DNA from: Eledone cirrhosa
Taxonomy: Eukaryota
Direction of reading: 5' to 3'
DNA length: 64,000 bases
Assembly (NCBI GenBank): GCA_964016885.1
Contig: OZ024762.1
Location: forward strand, 19,158,001-19,222,000
The notes under the pieces were generated by a model. The model ran no database searches and had not been told where the DNA came from. It was given only the letters and a program-made list of their open reading frames with translations. The translations under genes and the position numbers were made by a program. Of the stretch, positions 1-19,428 are shown in pieces (the stretch's first letter is position 1; each line of letters starts with the position of its first letter).

Positions 1-495
1 GAATATTATTGTGGCTACATGTAGTTGCTGTCCCTGCTACATGGTATTTTATTCTCCAGAATATTATTGTGGCTACATGTAGTTGCTGTCACTGCTACAT
101 GGTATTTTATTCTCCAGAATATTATTGTAGCTACATGTAGTTGCTGTCCCTGCTACATGGTATTTTATTCTCCAGAATATTATTGTGGCTACATGTAGTT
201 GCTGTGACTGCAACATGGTATTTTATTCTCCAGTATATTATTGTGGCTACATGTAGTTGCTGTCCCTGCTACATGGTATTTCATTCTCCAGAATAATATT
301 GTGGCTACATGTAGTTGCTGTCACTGCTACATGGTATTTTATTCTCCAGAATATTATTGTGGCTACATGTAGTTGCTGTCGCTGCTACATGGTATTTTAT
401 TCTCCAGAATATTATTGTAGCTACATGGTGTTGTTGTTGCTAGATCTTGTTGTTGTTGCTGCTACATAGTATTTCGTTCTCAGGAATATTATATT
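1..495. repeat. 58-bp minisatellite (~7.4 copies, degenerate after ~430; continues off the window start)
   Basis: Unit GAATATTATTGTGGCTACATGTAGTTGCTGTCCCTGCTACATGGTATTTTATTCTCCA starts at 1, 59, 117...; no spacers. Confidence 0.95.
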
Positions 496-1117
496 TACAA
501 CATACTATTTTCGGGGTATGTTGTCTCTGTCAGAGGGCCTGAAATGGTTTGTAATGTATATCTAATGATGAACAATATAATTGTCTACTTTTTTCAAACC
601 ACGGCTGTCGTGTGTAACTTAATGCAGCTGGGAAAATGTAAACAAACGGCATTTATTCATTTAAATCTCTTTTGTCCACATAGAGTTTCAATAAGAAGGC
701 ATTTGTTGACATTTGAGCATGTGTATTTGATTACGTGAGTGAAGGATGTGGCGGTGAAGTGAGGGGCCATTCGCTGAGTTGTTAGAACTTTGATGTAGTT
801 TTTTTCTTCTCCAAAACCATCTGGAACTATGGCTCCTTAAGTCCGTAAGTTCCTTCAGAACGAAGCCTTCTGTTTTTTGGGGAGTTTTTTTTTTTAAATA
901 TTATGTCTTATATTACTTTTTTGATTTTAGCAGCTTTATTCTCCATCGCCAGTTTGCTAAGCCTGTCGCGACAAACTCCCACGTCATCGATGTCGCCCAA
1001 GATAAAATCAAATGGCCGATACAGCTTGCAACTCGTGATTTCACAATATATACACACACACTATATTTTTTCAATTTTTCCATTGTGCGCCTGTCTTTAT
1101 TTTGTACTCCTAAAGAA

Positions 1118-1210
1118 GGGCTTAAACTCGACACATCGAACTTTCTTTCCTCTTTCCAATATAAATCGTGAAACTAATAAGACTTTTAACTTTGTTGTCT
1201 CCTTGAACTA
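1118..1210 (+). repeat. Short dispersed repeat abutting (TA)n; copies at ~34724-34805 (-) and ~36181-36270 (-)
   Basis: Shared CTTTCCAAT(A/G)TAA..CGTGAAACTAATAAGACTTT core in three copies. Confidence 0.7.
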
Positions 1211-1224
1211 TATATATATAGTAA

Positions 1225-1285
1225 TAATAATAAATGTGAAGACTAAAATCCAAAGAGGGCTCGATAAGGATAATATTTTCTCCGT
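1225..1285 (+). repeat. Short dispersed repeat (AAAATCCGAAGAGGGCTCGATAAGG); copies at ~8777, ~12583 and ~38500-38560 (-)
   Basis: Direct sequence similarity; each copy is next to (TA)n. Confidence 0.7.
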
Positions 1286-1468
1286 TCATTGCCAGGGAAC
1301 GTCTTCACGAACCAAAGTATCGTCTTCCTGTTTTCCTTCGATTGCAACGTTTATCGAAATATTTACTTCTGCGTTCACAGATTGATTTTTTTTTTTTAGT
1401 CTCAGAAGATCCCGTTAAGGATGAAAGCAGCGATTCTTTGCCTAAACTTTAGTCTGTTATTTTAATAA

Positions 1469-1523
<55 letters not shown>

Positions 1524-1708
1524 ACGCCCTTCAGTCAAAATTGATCATGGGATTTGCACCCTTCCACTGCACAGTCCACACTCACCCACGGCAATACACG
1601 TGATAGGTCATAACACCATATAACCCTCTCCACCGCTTTGCATGCTTCCTCAACATTGTTACGCAGCAAAGAGGTTTAGTGATATATTTATTGAATGCAA
1701 GGAATTAT

Positions 1709-2040
1709 TTCTTCTTCTTCTTCTTCTTCTTCTTCTTCTTCTTCTTCTTCAGGGGGTCGTTGGGGCAGTGTCCGCAAACAGGTCTTGTCAGAAGAAACCG
1801 TCTGCGATTGATCCGGCTGGACCCCCCCCCCCCCCAAGCCAAACTAGCCGAGCTCATGGTTGTTATCCACCCATCTTGTCCGGGCTCTACCCCTAGGTCT
1901 CCTGCTGGCTGGTTTTCAATTCTTTCCAGAGACATTCTAACCACATGCTCATAGTATCGGAGCTATGATCTCTCAATACAGAGATGTAACGGTTCTACCC
2001 TAGAACGACTCCTTGATCTTCGAGCTAGGGACTCTATCCT
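1709..2040 (-). mobile_element. Degenerate 3' end of an RTE-clade LINE with (GAA)n tail
   Basis: Minus strand reads VEPLHLCIERS*LRYYEHVVRMSLER, then after a frameshift RRPRGRARTRWVD (RTE C-terminal QLRW.GHV.RM / RPRGRP..RW motif); homologous to 54710-55020. Confidence 0.75.
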
Positions 2041-2129
2041 CGAATGACGCTTCTGAGGAACTCAATTCCGGCCGCTTGTATTCGCAATCGTATTCTTTCG
2101 GTCATTAATTATGATAGATTTATAATTAA

Positions 2130-3011
2130 CTAGCAGTAAAGCCCGGCGTTGCTCGGGGTCGCTCAGTAGCTGTGTTAAAGTTACAATGTTAAGTTTCTTT
2201 CTTGGCTTAAAAACTGTAGTGTCTACTGTGCAGACTTGCATGTGGTGTTTTTGATTAATATTCCCTCAACCAACAATATGCCTTATGAAGTTAAGAAAAC
2301 AACGATAACCCGAATGTTATAACAAAAGAGGATGCTGGGGATAGAAACTGCACTGGTTATTTATTAACAAAGATCGAAAATGTAAACACTGCAACGCAGA
2401 GAAAAACATTAGCGTAACCAAATTATCAGTTATGTCTGTCTGCACGCCTATATCACCTCTCTGCACGACTGTCTGTCTGCACGCCTATATCACCTCTCTG
2501 CACGCCTATATCACCTCTCTGCACGACTGTCTGTCTGCACGCCTAACGACGAAATATTTGCTTGTTTTACGTAGTCTTTAAATAGACTTGTTTTCAAGTA
2601 AAAATATTGTTTTAAAATGCTTTTAAATGGAAATGAAGCAAAACGGAAGCCTAGTGTTCGAACTGATGAATTTTGCAGGTCAATATTTTGCTGGCTCGAC
2701 AACTGTCTGTTCGTGTATTGTGTTAATGTCATTTTAAACGCTTAGAAAGCCAGCGTAATTTTTTACGTAAGACGCTCAATGTAAACAGAACAAAGGGAAA
2801 TAACTGATAACTTACGCTCAAAAATCGATACATTATATTCGATTTCGTCACATAGGGTGGGTCAATTTGAAATATTTTTTTTTCCGATGTCTTCGCTAGG
2901 GCTCAATGTACAAGTATAGCAATTTCGGTGCAATTCCGTGAGAGATTCTAAGAGGAGATGTGTGCCAAAAATCGATAGACAGACAGACAACCACAGTTTT
3001 ATATATATAGA
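2130..3011 (-). mobile_element. Complete non-autonomous Helitron-like element
   Basis: Minus strand starts TCTATATATATAAAAC (3011), contains (CTGT)n, and ends with GC hairpin CCCGAGCAACGCCGGG followed by CTTTACTG-CTAG (2130); inserted between A and T with no TSD. Confidence 0.8.
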
Positions 3012-3016
3012 TGAGG

Positions 3017-3203
3017 GGCGGTGGATTGGCAGTATTGGTAGAGGGTCGGACACCATGCTTTGACGCATGGAGTTACGGCGCTTGCCATTCTGAGTTCAAA
3101 TCCCGCCGAGGTTAACTTTGCCTTTCATCCTTATGGGGTCGATAAAATAAAGTACCAGTAATGCACTGGGGTAATTGCTGGCCTTGTGCCAAAAGTTGAA
3201 ACA
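3017..3203 (+). mobile_element. tRNA-derived SINE, family A (central GCCTTTCATCCTT.CGGGGTCGATAAA..AAGTACCAG domain, Meta-like)
   Basis: Pol III A box TGGCAGTATTGG, B box GAGTTCAAATCC; about 20 copies or fragments in the window. Confidence 0.9.
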
Positions 3204-3266
3204 ATTAATTATGATAGATTTAAAAAAATAAAGTTTTATAAAACTGACTCGTTGAGGTTCAATAAT

Positions 3267-3448
3267 TGTTTCTACTTTAGGCACAAGGCCAGCAATTACC
3301 CAGTGCATTACTGGTACTTTATTTTATCGACCCCGTAAGGATGAAAGGCAAAGTCAACCTTGGCGGGATTTGAACTCAGATCGTAAAGGGACGTAACTAT
3401 GCTGGAAAGCTTGGCGTCCGACCCTCCACCGATACTGCCAATCCACCG
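3267..3448 (-). mobile_element. SINE family A, full length with 19-bp TSD
   Basis: CTCGTTGAGGTTCAATAAT at 3248-3266 and 3449-3467. Confidence 0.92.
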
Positions 3449-3629
3449 CTCGTTGAGGTTCAATAATGCGCCTCTCTGAGGTCTGGGCCCTAGATAGCTG
3501 CCTGGTGGTCCTTAATGGTAGCACAGTCCCTGTTTGTGTTGTAATTTTTCTTGATATATTTTGTAGCACCAGCAGCAGCAGTAGCAGCAGCTGTTTGCTT
3601 TATTTGATTTTCTTAAACATACTCTATAC

Positions 3630-5920
3630 GATGGTGGAGGCGGAGGTTGTGAAGGTGTAGGTGGTGGTGGTGATGAGAATAGGGCCAAGTAGATGGTGGA
3701 GGTGGTGGATGAAGGATGCGGTGGTAGTGGGGGGGGGTGGAAGGTTGATGGGGTGGGTGGTGTTTGAAGGGACCAGTAATGATAGAAGGGCGGCGGCGGT
3801 GGTATTGGCGGCGGTGGTGGAGTAGGGTGATGATAATGAAGCTATGGTGGTGGTGGTGGTGGTGGTGTTGGTGGAAAAGTAGTGATGACGGTGGTGGTGG
3901 TGGTGGTGGTGGAGTAGGCTGATGGCGGCGGCGGCGGTGGTGGTGGTGGTGGGGGGTGGAGGAGTAGGGTGATGATAATGAAGTGATGGTGATGGCGGCG
4001 GCGGCGGTGGTGGTGGTGGTGGTGGTGGGGGTGTATGGTGATGATATAACGAAGGTAGTAATAATGTGTAAGATGGCGATGATGGAGGTGGAGGACGTCG
4101 AAGATTGAAAGAAAGACAGAAAGACAGAAGAAAACTAGAAATAAAGAGAAAGTAAGATAGAAGAAAGTAAGATAGAAGAAAAATAGAAATAAAGAGAAAG
4201 TAAGATAGAAGAAAGAAGATAGAAGAAAAATCAACGTATAATATCGAACAAATATATATTTTTTTATTTCTATATAAATCGATAGCAGATCTGATCTGTA
4301 TGATTTGAAGTTTATTATTGATATTTATATACATTGTTTTATGTGTAGTTTTTTTTTTGTACTATAGCGTCGTATCTAATCATATTATACAGTTTAAATT
4401 TCTGGCTTTGTCAGATGTATGTGATTAATTTCATTATCGTTTGATTCAATAACAAAATATAACCATATTTAATTTGTTTCTTTGGTGGGTAGGTGGAGAG
4501 GGGGTTGGTTGTGTGTGGGGGGGGAATGGGGGCTATGTGGAGAGATGGTTGGGGGTTGTGGAGGGGGGGGGTCAGAGGGGGGTAGTGGAGAGGGGGGGTA
4601 GTTCAGAGGGGGTGGGTAGATGGAGAGGGGGTTGGGGTGGGTAGTGGAGAGGGGGTTGGGTAGTTCAGAGGGGGTGGGTAGTGGAGAGGGGGTGGGTAGT
4701 GGAGAGGGGGTTGGGGTGGGTAGTTCAGAGGGGGTGGGTCGTGAAGAGGGGCTTGGTTGTGGGAGTGGAGAGGTGGCTGGGGAGTAGAGAGGTTGTGGGG
4801 GTGGTGGCTAGGTAGGGGTTGGTTGGGGGGGGGCTAGTTGGAGAGATGGTTGGGGGGGTAGTGGAGTGGAGGGGCTAGTTGGAGAGATGGTTGGGGGGGT
4901 AGTGGAGAGGTGGTTGGGGGGGGGGGGGGGGGTAGCTAGGTGGAGAGGTGGCTGGGGAGTGGAGAGGTGGCTGGTTGTGTTTGTGGGTAGGGAGGGGGTT
5001 GGTTTTTTTTTGGGGGGGGGGGGGTAGGTAGAGGATGGGTGGGTAGGTAGTAGGTGGAGAGAAAAGACTATCCTGATGGGAGATATGGGGGTGAGGTAAA
5101 TAGGAGGTCGTGTTTTTTTATTCCTGCCACCACAACACTACTACCACCACAACACTACTACCACACCACTACCACCACACTACCACTACCACCACACTAC
5201 CACCACCACCACCACCACACTACTACCACACCACTACCACCACACTACCACTACCACCACACTACCACTACCACCACACTACCACCACCACCACACTACC
5301 ACCACCACCACCACCATTACCATCACCACCACCACCACTACCATCACCACCACCACTACCATCACCACCATACCACCACCATCACCCCCATACCACCACT
5401 ACACCACCACTACCACTACCACCACCACCACCTACCACCATCTACCACTACCATCACCACCATACCACCACCATCACCATACCACCACCACCATCACCAT
5501 ACCACCACCACCATCACCCCCATACCTACCACCACCATCATCACCCCCATACCACCATCATCACCCCCATACCACCATCACCCCCATACCACCACTACCA
5601 CTACCACCACCTACCATCACCTACCACCACCATCTACCATCACCACCACCTACCACCACCACCCCACCTACCACCACCACTACCACTACCATCAATACCA
5701 CCACTATCACCACCACCACTACCACCACCACCACCACTACCACCACTACCGCCACCACCACTACCACCACCTCTACCACCACTACCACCACCATACCACC
5801 ACTACCACCACTATCACCACTATCACCACCACCACCACCACCACCACTACCACCACTACCACCACCACCACCAGCACCACCACCACCACCAGCACCACCA
5901 CCACTACTGCCACCTCTACT
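3630..5920. repeat. Low-complexity block: (GGT)n, GA-rich, G-rich and (CCA/CTA)n tracts
   Basis: Direct inspection; explains the poly-P/H/T ORFs. Confidence 0.9.
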
Positions 5921-5927
5921 ACTTGTA

Positions 5928-6210
5928 AAAGCCCGTGGCTTAATGGTTAGGGTGTTCGGTTCACGATCTTAAAATTGCGAGTTCGATTCCCAGCGGTACG
6001 TTGTGTTCTTGAGCAAGACACTTTATTTCATGTTGCTCCAGTCCTCTCTGCTTGTGACATTTAGTTGTACCTACAATTAAGTGGGACAGACTTGTCATTG
6101 TCTCTCGTTGAATCTCACTGAGAACTAGTTTAAGGGATACACCTGGTCGCGGAATACTCAGCCACTTATCTGTTAATTTCGTGAGCTGGTTGTTCTGCTG
6201 ATCAAACGAC
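5928..6210 (+). mobile_element. tRNA-derived SINE, family B (CORE-like domain); duplicate at ~9727-10010
   Basis: A box TGGCTTAATGG, B box GTTCGATTCC, then GTGTTCTTGAGCAAGACACTTTATTTCA; related pieces at ~7990, 23724, 30767, 31165, 41947, 42245, 60905. Confidence 0.8.
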
Positions 6211-6806
6211 CAGTTCAACCATAACTACCACCAGCAACCACCCTACCACCACTGCTTCCACCACCACCACTGCTTCCACCACCACCACCACTGCTCCTAC
6301 CACTGCTCCCACCACCACCACTGACCCCACCACGATGACAAGAATAACAATAACAACAAACAACCAACAACAACAAACAACCAACAACAACAAACAACCA
6401 ACAACAATGACAACAATGACAACAACAACAAACAACAACAATAACAATTACAACGATGACAACAACAACAAACAACAATAGAAATAAGATCGAAAGAAAA
6501 AAAAAGCTATGAATATTAATAAAATAGCAAACAGAACAACGGTATAATCGAATAAGGTTATAACCGAATAAGATTGGTTATAACAGAATGTGAGAATAAT
6601 AACATTAACGAAATTGAATGAAGGAAGTAGAAAAATCTAGTGAAAATGTTGGATCGCTTTGGAATATAATTTTAACAATAATATTAATGAGAAAACGAAA
6701 TTGTATTTCCAGTCTTTATGGTTATCTAAATTATATAATGCACTACTAGTCAATCTTATTTATTCTTTTATTCTCTTAAGACCATTATTTTACTCACAGA
6801 TATCTT

Positions 6807-6843
<37 letters not shown>

Positions 6844-6859
6844 ATTCCATCCCTCTAGC

Positions 6860-7673
6860 TGCACGGTGAGACTCTGGGCGTCGAAGACGACGAGCTCACC
6901 ACTCTGTTTGGTAGGACTTTCCGCCCGGGACCTATGGACAACTTCCAGAGGTCCCTGGCCTGGCAGTGCTACCGAGGAGCTCTACCAGTTCGAGACAAGA
7001 TCTACAGGCACGGACCTTCCAAGAAGACGTGTCCAAGATGCGAGCAGGACATTGAAACCGTCTTGCACGCAATTGTACACTGCCCGGGCGTAACCGACCT
7101 GTGGAGCTACGCAGAAGAACTGCTGTCGCGTATGGGACAAATCCAGTTGACTGCCGAGTCAATAGTAAGGATCAAACCGCCAACTTCTTTCAAAAACGAA
7201 AGAGAGGCGGTTTTCCTCTGTGTAGTGGCTATGGTGAAAGAGGTTATATGGTGGACGAGATTGAGAGGACTGGGGACAGGTGCTTTTCTCTCCGGGCAAC
7301 AACGCATTCCCTTCTTTAGGTACCACTTTAGAAGGAGATTCAGAGTAGAGAGAGAGGCACAGCACCCCAGTAAATTTACTGAAAGGTGGGTGAATGAAGC
7401 AAAAATGACCCGAGTGATTGGGCCTTCTCTATATATAAACCTGTAGGTTGAAGAAGAGAGCAAAAGGAGAAAGGAGCACTTGCACAACACGCTCCTGAAG
7501 TTGAGGGTTGTTCTATCGACGGGGTATTAACCCATTTGTGGCACCTCGCCCCTATTGGGGATTTCGATTGTTGAATTTATTTGTTTCAATATTTTTACAC
7601 GACTGTGTAAAATCCCCGGCATGTGTCTTTGTATTGTCCCCTTTTCTTGTGCGCCCTTGTGGCAAATAAAGAA
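6860..7673 (+). mobile_element. 5'-truncated L1/Tx1-clade LINE 3' end (ORF2 C-terminal zinc-binding region + 3' UTR)
   Basis: ORF 6934-7446 WQCYRGALPVRDKIYRHG..CPRC..ETVLHAIVHCP (zf-RVT-type CxxC..H....C); AATAAAGAA tail followed by (TA)n; sits in a (TATC)n tract. Confidence 0.85.
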
Positions 7674-8701
7674 ATATATAAATATATATATATATATCCA
7701 TCTACTTATGTATCTGTCTAACTATTCAGCCACCTATCTATCTATCTCTATCTATCTCCACCTCCCCACCCACCCATCAACCTCCCCACCCACCCATCAA
7801 CCTCTCCACCTCCCTAACTATCCAGCGCTCATTCTATTACACCAAATGCAGTAATTGGATAAAATATCCTCCATTTTATATTTACAATTTCAAATGTAAC
7901 TAATTCCAATTTCTACTCAAAGAACTACAATTCTTTATAATTTACTTTTTATATGTTTTATTTATTTATTATATTTATTTATGATATTGAAGGTGTATGA
8001 CTTATTGGTAAGGGTTTTCGTCTCACGGCCCCAGGGTCGTGAGTTTGATTCCCGCAACATGTTGTCTTTGAGTAGAACATATTTCACGTTATTCCTGTCC
8101 ACTTAACTGGGAAAAAACAAAGAAATTGTAAATTCCTGTCGGAGAATATCAGAAATTCCTTCGGATCATCCCCGCAGATGAGGGATGAGAAATCCGAAAT
8201 ATAGGGTCTAATAAATCGATTCCAAGGTAACTTCATCTCTTGTTTTCATTTCATTTTACATTTTGTTTTTCTATTTCTTCCCTTCCTCTTTTATCCTCTT
8301 TCTTCCTACTACCATTTGATCTTGTTGCCAGCTGTATCCATCTACATTGTAGAGGTTTCCAAAAACGACCCCAAAAGATAGTTGTATCTGTGCTTAAAAG
8401 GGCCAGCCTGTCACATGCTCTCTCATGTTGAATCTCCATGAGAATTATATAAATATGTGCATGTGTTTGTGTAAGTTAATCTCACAAACAGTGTTTCATT
8501 TGTCAAACAACTGGAGCACTCATCGTCGGAACCGATGAAGGTCCAGTACAAACACACAGTCGCATACTTATGCACAGTTACAGACATACACACACACACA
8601 CGTATATGTGTATATATTGCTAAATCGATACATCAAAGGAAAATATACATTGTGATATTTGGTTTTATACTTCTGTGATCAATAAAATAAGTAACAAAGT
8701 A

Positions 8702-8778
<77 letters not shown>

Positions 8779-9176
8779 ATGATAAATATGAAGACGAAAA
8801 TCCGAAGAGGGCTCGATATATATATATTTATATTATATATTTATACATAATATTATACATACATAAACGCATTAAATAGAATAATTTACTTCTGTTCCTT
8901 TCGATGAAAGTGTTGCCTTTTTTCAGATGATGCGTTATACTGTAAAATGTTGACGCCATCTTCGTTTTTTTTTAATATATGACCAACAGCCATTTTCACA
9001 AGTACATACATAAAAAAAAAAATAACACTATTTAAGAACAAGATTAGAATTCGTTGTAAATATATTTGGAGGTTCTTCTACTTTCTTTATAAAAAATGAA
9101 AGAAAAAAGCTATTTCAAATATCAAGAAAGAAAAAAGCTGGGTTTGCCTAGTTAATGCTTTATTCGTCTCCATACA

Positions 9177-9376
9177 NNNNNNNNNNNNNNNNNNNNNNNN
9201 NNNNNNNNNNNNNNNNNNNNNNNNNNNNNNNNNNNNNNNNNNNNNNNNNNNNNNNNNNNNNNNNNNNNNNNNNNNNNNNNNNNNNNNNNNNNNNNNNNNN
9301 NNNNNNNNNNNNNNNNNNNNNNNNNNNNNNNNNNNNNNNNNNNNNNNNNNNNNNNNNNNNNNNNNNNNNNNNNNNN
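9177..9376. other. Assembly gap (200 N)
   Basis: Run of N. Confidence 1.
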
Positions 9377-12981
<3,605 letters not shown>

Positions 12982-13249
12982 ATAGATTTAAATCCCACGA
13001 GTTCATCATTAGTGCAGTTTATATATATAGGGAGAGTCTGAGGGGATTTATACTGTAGAATAGGTATATATGTATGTGTATGTATGTATGTATGTATCAA
13101 GTCCTTTTTGGATTTTGATCTTTTGAATTTTACACACACCATCTGTGTATATTCGTATATATATATATATATATATATACGTTTGTATAAAATGCGGTGT
13201 AAATATGATATATATACATATATATGCCAGTGTATAAAATGTGGTATAA

Positions 13250-15768
13250 ATATATATATATATAGAATATATATATATATATATAGAATATATATAGAAT
13301 ATATATATATATATATAGAATATATATAGAATATATATATATATATATATATAGAATATATATATATATATAATATAGAATATATATATATATATATATA
13401 GAATATATAATATAGAATATATATATATATATATATATAATATAGAATATATATATATATATATAATATAGAATATATATATATGTATATAATATAGAAT
13501 ATATATATATATATATATATAATATAGAATATATATATATAATATAGAATATATATATATATATAATATAGAATATATATATATATATAATATAGAATAT
13601 ATATATATATATATATAATATAGAATATATATATATATAATATAGAATATATATATATATATAATATAGAATATATATATATATAATATAGAATATATAT
13701 ATATATAATATAGAATATATATATATATAATATAGAATATATATATATATAATATATAATATATATATATAATATATAATATATATATATATAATATATA
13801 TAATATATATATAATAATATAGAATATATATAATATATAATATATATATATATAATATATATATATATAATATAGAATATATATATATATAATATATATA
13901 TATAGAATATATATATATAGAATATAGAATATATATATATAATATAGAATATATATATATATAATATAGAATATATATATATATATAATATAGAATATAT
14001 ATATATAGAATATATATATATATATAGAATATATATATATAGAATATATATATTTAGAATATATATATATAGAATATATATATATAGAATATATATATTT
14101 AGAATATATATATATAGAATATATATATATAGAATATATATATATATAGAATATATATATATAGAATATATATATATAGAATATATATATATATATAGAA
14201 TATATATATATGTAGAATATATATATATATATATATAGAATATATATAAATATAGAATATATATATATATAGAATATATATATATATATAGAATGTATAT
14301 ATATATAGAATATATATATATATAGATTATATATATAGAATATATATATATAGAATATATATATATATAGATTATATATATATATAGAATATATATATAT
14401 ATATAGAATATATATATATAGAGAGAATATATATATATATAGAGAGAATATATATATATAGAGAGAGAATATATATATATATATATAGAATATATATATA
14501 TATATATATATAGAATATATATATATATATATAGAATATATATATCTACACACAAAATATAGTATATGTATAATATATATATAGAATATATATATCTACA
14601 CACAAAATATAGTATATGTATAATATATATATAGTATATATATATATATAATTGTTTCTACTTTAGGCACAAAGCCAGCAATTATCCAGTATATTACTGG
14701 TACTTTATTTTATCGACCCCGTAAGGATGAAAGGCAAAGTTAACCTTGATAATATAGTATATATATATATATATAATATAGTGTATATATATATATATCA
14801 TATAGTATATATATATATATATAATATAGTATATATATATAATTTAGTATATATATATAATATAGTATATATATATATATATAATATAGTATATATATAT
14901 ATAATATAGTATATATATATATAATATAGTATATATATATAATTTAGTATATATATATATATATAATATAGTATATATATATATATAATATAGTATATAT
15001 ATATATAATATAGTATATATATATAATTTAGTATATATATATAATATAGTATATATATATATATATAATATAGTATATATATATATATATAATATAATAT
15101 ATATATATATATAATATAGTATATATATATAATATATATATAATATAGAATATATATATAATAGTATATATATATATATATATATAATATAGTATATATA
15201 TATATATAATATAGTATATATATATATATATATATAATATAGTATATATATATATATAATATAGTATATATATATATATATATATATAATATAGTATATA
15301 TATATATATAATATAGTATATATATATATATATATAATATAGTATATATATATATATATATAATATAGTATATATATATATAATATAGTATATATATATA
15401 TATAATATAGTATATATATATATATATAATATAGTATATATATATATATATATATATAATATAGTATATATATATATATAATATAGTATATATATATATA
15501 TATAATATAGTATATATATATATATATAATATAGTATATATATATATATATAATATAGTATATATATATATATATAATATAGTATATATATATATATATA
15601 ATATAGTATATATATATATATATAATATAGTATATATATATATATATAATATAGTATATATATATATATATAATATAGTATATATATATATATATAATAT
15701 AGTATATATATATATATATAATATAGTATATATATATATATAATATAGTATATATATATATAATATAG

Positions 15769-15800
<32 letters not shown>

Positions 15801-16220
15801 TATATATATATATAATATAGTATATATATATATATAATATAGTATATATATATATATAATATAGTATATATATATATAATATAGTATATATATATATATA
15901 ATATAGTATATATATATATAATATAGTATATATATATATATAATATAGTATATATATATATATAATATAGTATATATATATATATAATATAGTATATATA
16001 TATATAATATAGTATATATATATATATAATATAGTATATATATATATATAATATAGTATATATATATATATAATATAGTATATATATATATATAATATAG
16101 TATATATATATATATAATATAGTATATATATATATAATATAGTATATATATATATATATATATATAATATAGTATATATATATATATATATATAATATAG
16201 TATATATATATATAATATAG

Positions 16221-16252
<32 letters not shown>

Positions 16253-17629
16253 TATATATATATATATAATATAGTATATATATATATTAATATAGTATAT
16301 ATATATATATAATATAGTATATATATATATAATATAGTATATATATATATAATATAGTATATATATATATATATATAATATAGTATATATATATATAATA
16401 TAGTATATATATATATAATATAGTATATATATATATAATATAGTATATATATATATATAATATAGTATATATATATATATAATATAGTATATATATATAT
16501 ATAATATAGTATATATATATATAATATAGTATATATATATATATAATATAGTATATATATATATATAATATAGTATATATATATATATAATATAGTATAT
16601 ATATATATATATATAATATAGTATATATATATATATAATATAGTATATATATATATATAATATAGTATATATATATATATAATATAGTATATATATTAGA
16701 TATATATAATATAGTATATATATAGATATATATAATATAGTATATATATATATATATAATATAGTATATATATATATATATAATATAGTATATATATATT
16801 ATAATATATATATACTATATTATATATATATATATATATACTATATTATATATATATATATATATATATACTATAGTATATATATATATATATAATATAG
16901 TATATATATAATATAGTGTATATATATATATATATATAATATAGTATATATATATATAATATAGTATATATATATATATATAATATAGTATATATATATA
17001 ATATAGTATATATATATATAATATAGTATATATATATATATATATAATATAGTATATATATATATATATAATATAGTATATATATATATATAATATAGTA
17101 TATATATATATATATATATAATATAGTATATATATATATATATAATATAGTATATATATATATATAATATAGTATATATATATATAATATAGTATATATA
17201 TATATATAATATAGTATATATATATATATAATATAGTATATATATATATATAATATAGTATATATATATATATATAATATAGTATATATATATATATATA
17301 TAATATAGTATATATATATATATATATAATATAGTATATATATATATATATAATATAGTATATATATATATATATATAATATAGTATATATATATATATA
17401 TATAATATAGTATATATATATATATATAATATAGTATATATATATATATATATAATATAGTATATATATATATATATATAATATAGTATATATATATATA
17501 TATATAATATAGTATATATATATATATATATAATATAGTATATATATATATATAATATAGTATATATATATATATAATATAGTATATATATATATATAAT
17601 ATAGTATATATATATATATATATATATAG

Positions 17630-17663
<34 letters not shown>

Positions 17664-17706
17664 TATATATATATATATATATATAGTATATATATATATA
17701 TATATA

Positions 17707-17747
<41 letters not shown>

Positions 17748-18909
17748 TATATATATATATAATATAGTATATATATATATAATATAGTATATATATATAT
17801 AATATAGTATATATATATATAATATAGTATATATATATATAATATAGTATATATATATATAATATAGTATATATATATAATATATAGTATATATATATAT
17901 AATATAGTATATATATATATATATAATATAGTATATATATATATAATATAGTATATATATATAATATAGTATATATATATATAATATAGTATATATATAT
18001 AATATAGTATATATATAATATAGTATATATATATATAATATAGTATATATATATATAGTATATAGTATATATATAGTATATAGTATATATATAGTATATA
18101 TATAGTATATATAGTATATATATAGTATATATATATAGTTATATATATATATAGTATATATATATATAGTATATATAATATATAGTATATATATATATAT
18201 ATAGTATATATATATATAGTATATATATATATATAGTATATATATATATATAGTATATAGTATATATGTATATATATATATAATATATAGTATATATATA
18301 TATAGTATATAGTATATATGTATATATATATATAATATATAGTATATATATATATATAGTATATATGTATATATATATATAATATATAGTATATATATAT
18401 ACAATATATAGTATATAGAATATATAGTATATAGAATATATAGTATATAGTATATATAATATATAGTATATATATATATAATATATAGTATATTATATAT
18501 AATATATAGTATATATATATATATATATATAGTATATAGTATATATATATATAGTATATAATATATAGTATATAGTATATAATATATATAATATATAGTA
18601 TATAGTATATATGTATATAGTATATATATATATAGTATATAGTATATATATATATAATATATAGTATATAGTATATATATATATAATATATAGTATATAG
18701 TATATATATATATATAATATATAGTATATATATATATATAATATATAGTATATAGTATATATATATATATAGTATATAGTATATATATATATGTATAAAT
18801 ATAATATATATAATATAGTATATATATATATAATATATATATATAATATATATATATAATATATAATATAGTATATATATATATGTATATATATATATTA
18901 TATATATGT

Positions 18910-18941
<32 letters not shown>

Positions 18942-18984
18942 ATATATATATATATAATATATATATATAATATATATATAATAT

Positions 18985-19017
<33 letters not shown>

Positions 19018-19047
19018 ATATATATATATATAATATATATATAATAT

Positions 19048-19080
<33 letters not shown>

Positions 19081-19094
19081 ATATATATATATAT

Positions 19095-19145
<51 letters not shown>

Positions 19146-19175
19146 ATATATATATATATAATATATATATAATAT

Positions 19176-19208
<33 letters not shown>

Positions 19209-19297
19209 ATATATATATATATAATATATATAATATATATATATATATATAAATATATATATATAATATATATATATATATAATATATATATAATAT

Positions 19298-19330
<33 letters not shown>

Positions 19331-19341
19331 ATATATATATA

Positions 19342-19375
<34 letters not shown>

Positions 19376-19397
19376 ATATATATATATATATATAAAT

Positions 19398-19428
<31 letters not shown>

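Noticed and set aside
3624-5950. Pro/His/Thr-rich ORFs (also 23883-25104, 26928-29119, 44311-45167, 61458-62255)
   Set aside because: Simple-repeat or minisatellite translations open in several frames.
5928-6000. tRNA-like sequence with A/B boxes
   Set aside because: No full cloverleaf; it is the head of a SINE.
8172-8212. CAGATGA-GGGATGAGAAATCC-GAAA hammerhead-like string
   Set aside because: Core mutated; no convincing stem I or stem III.
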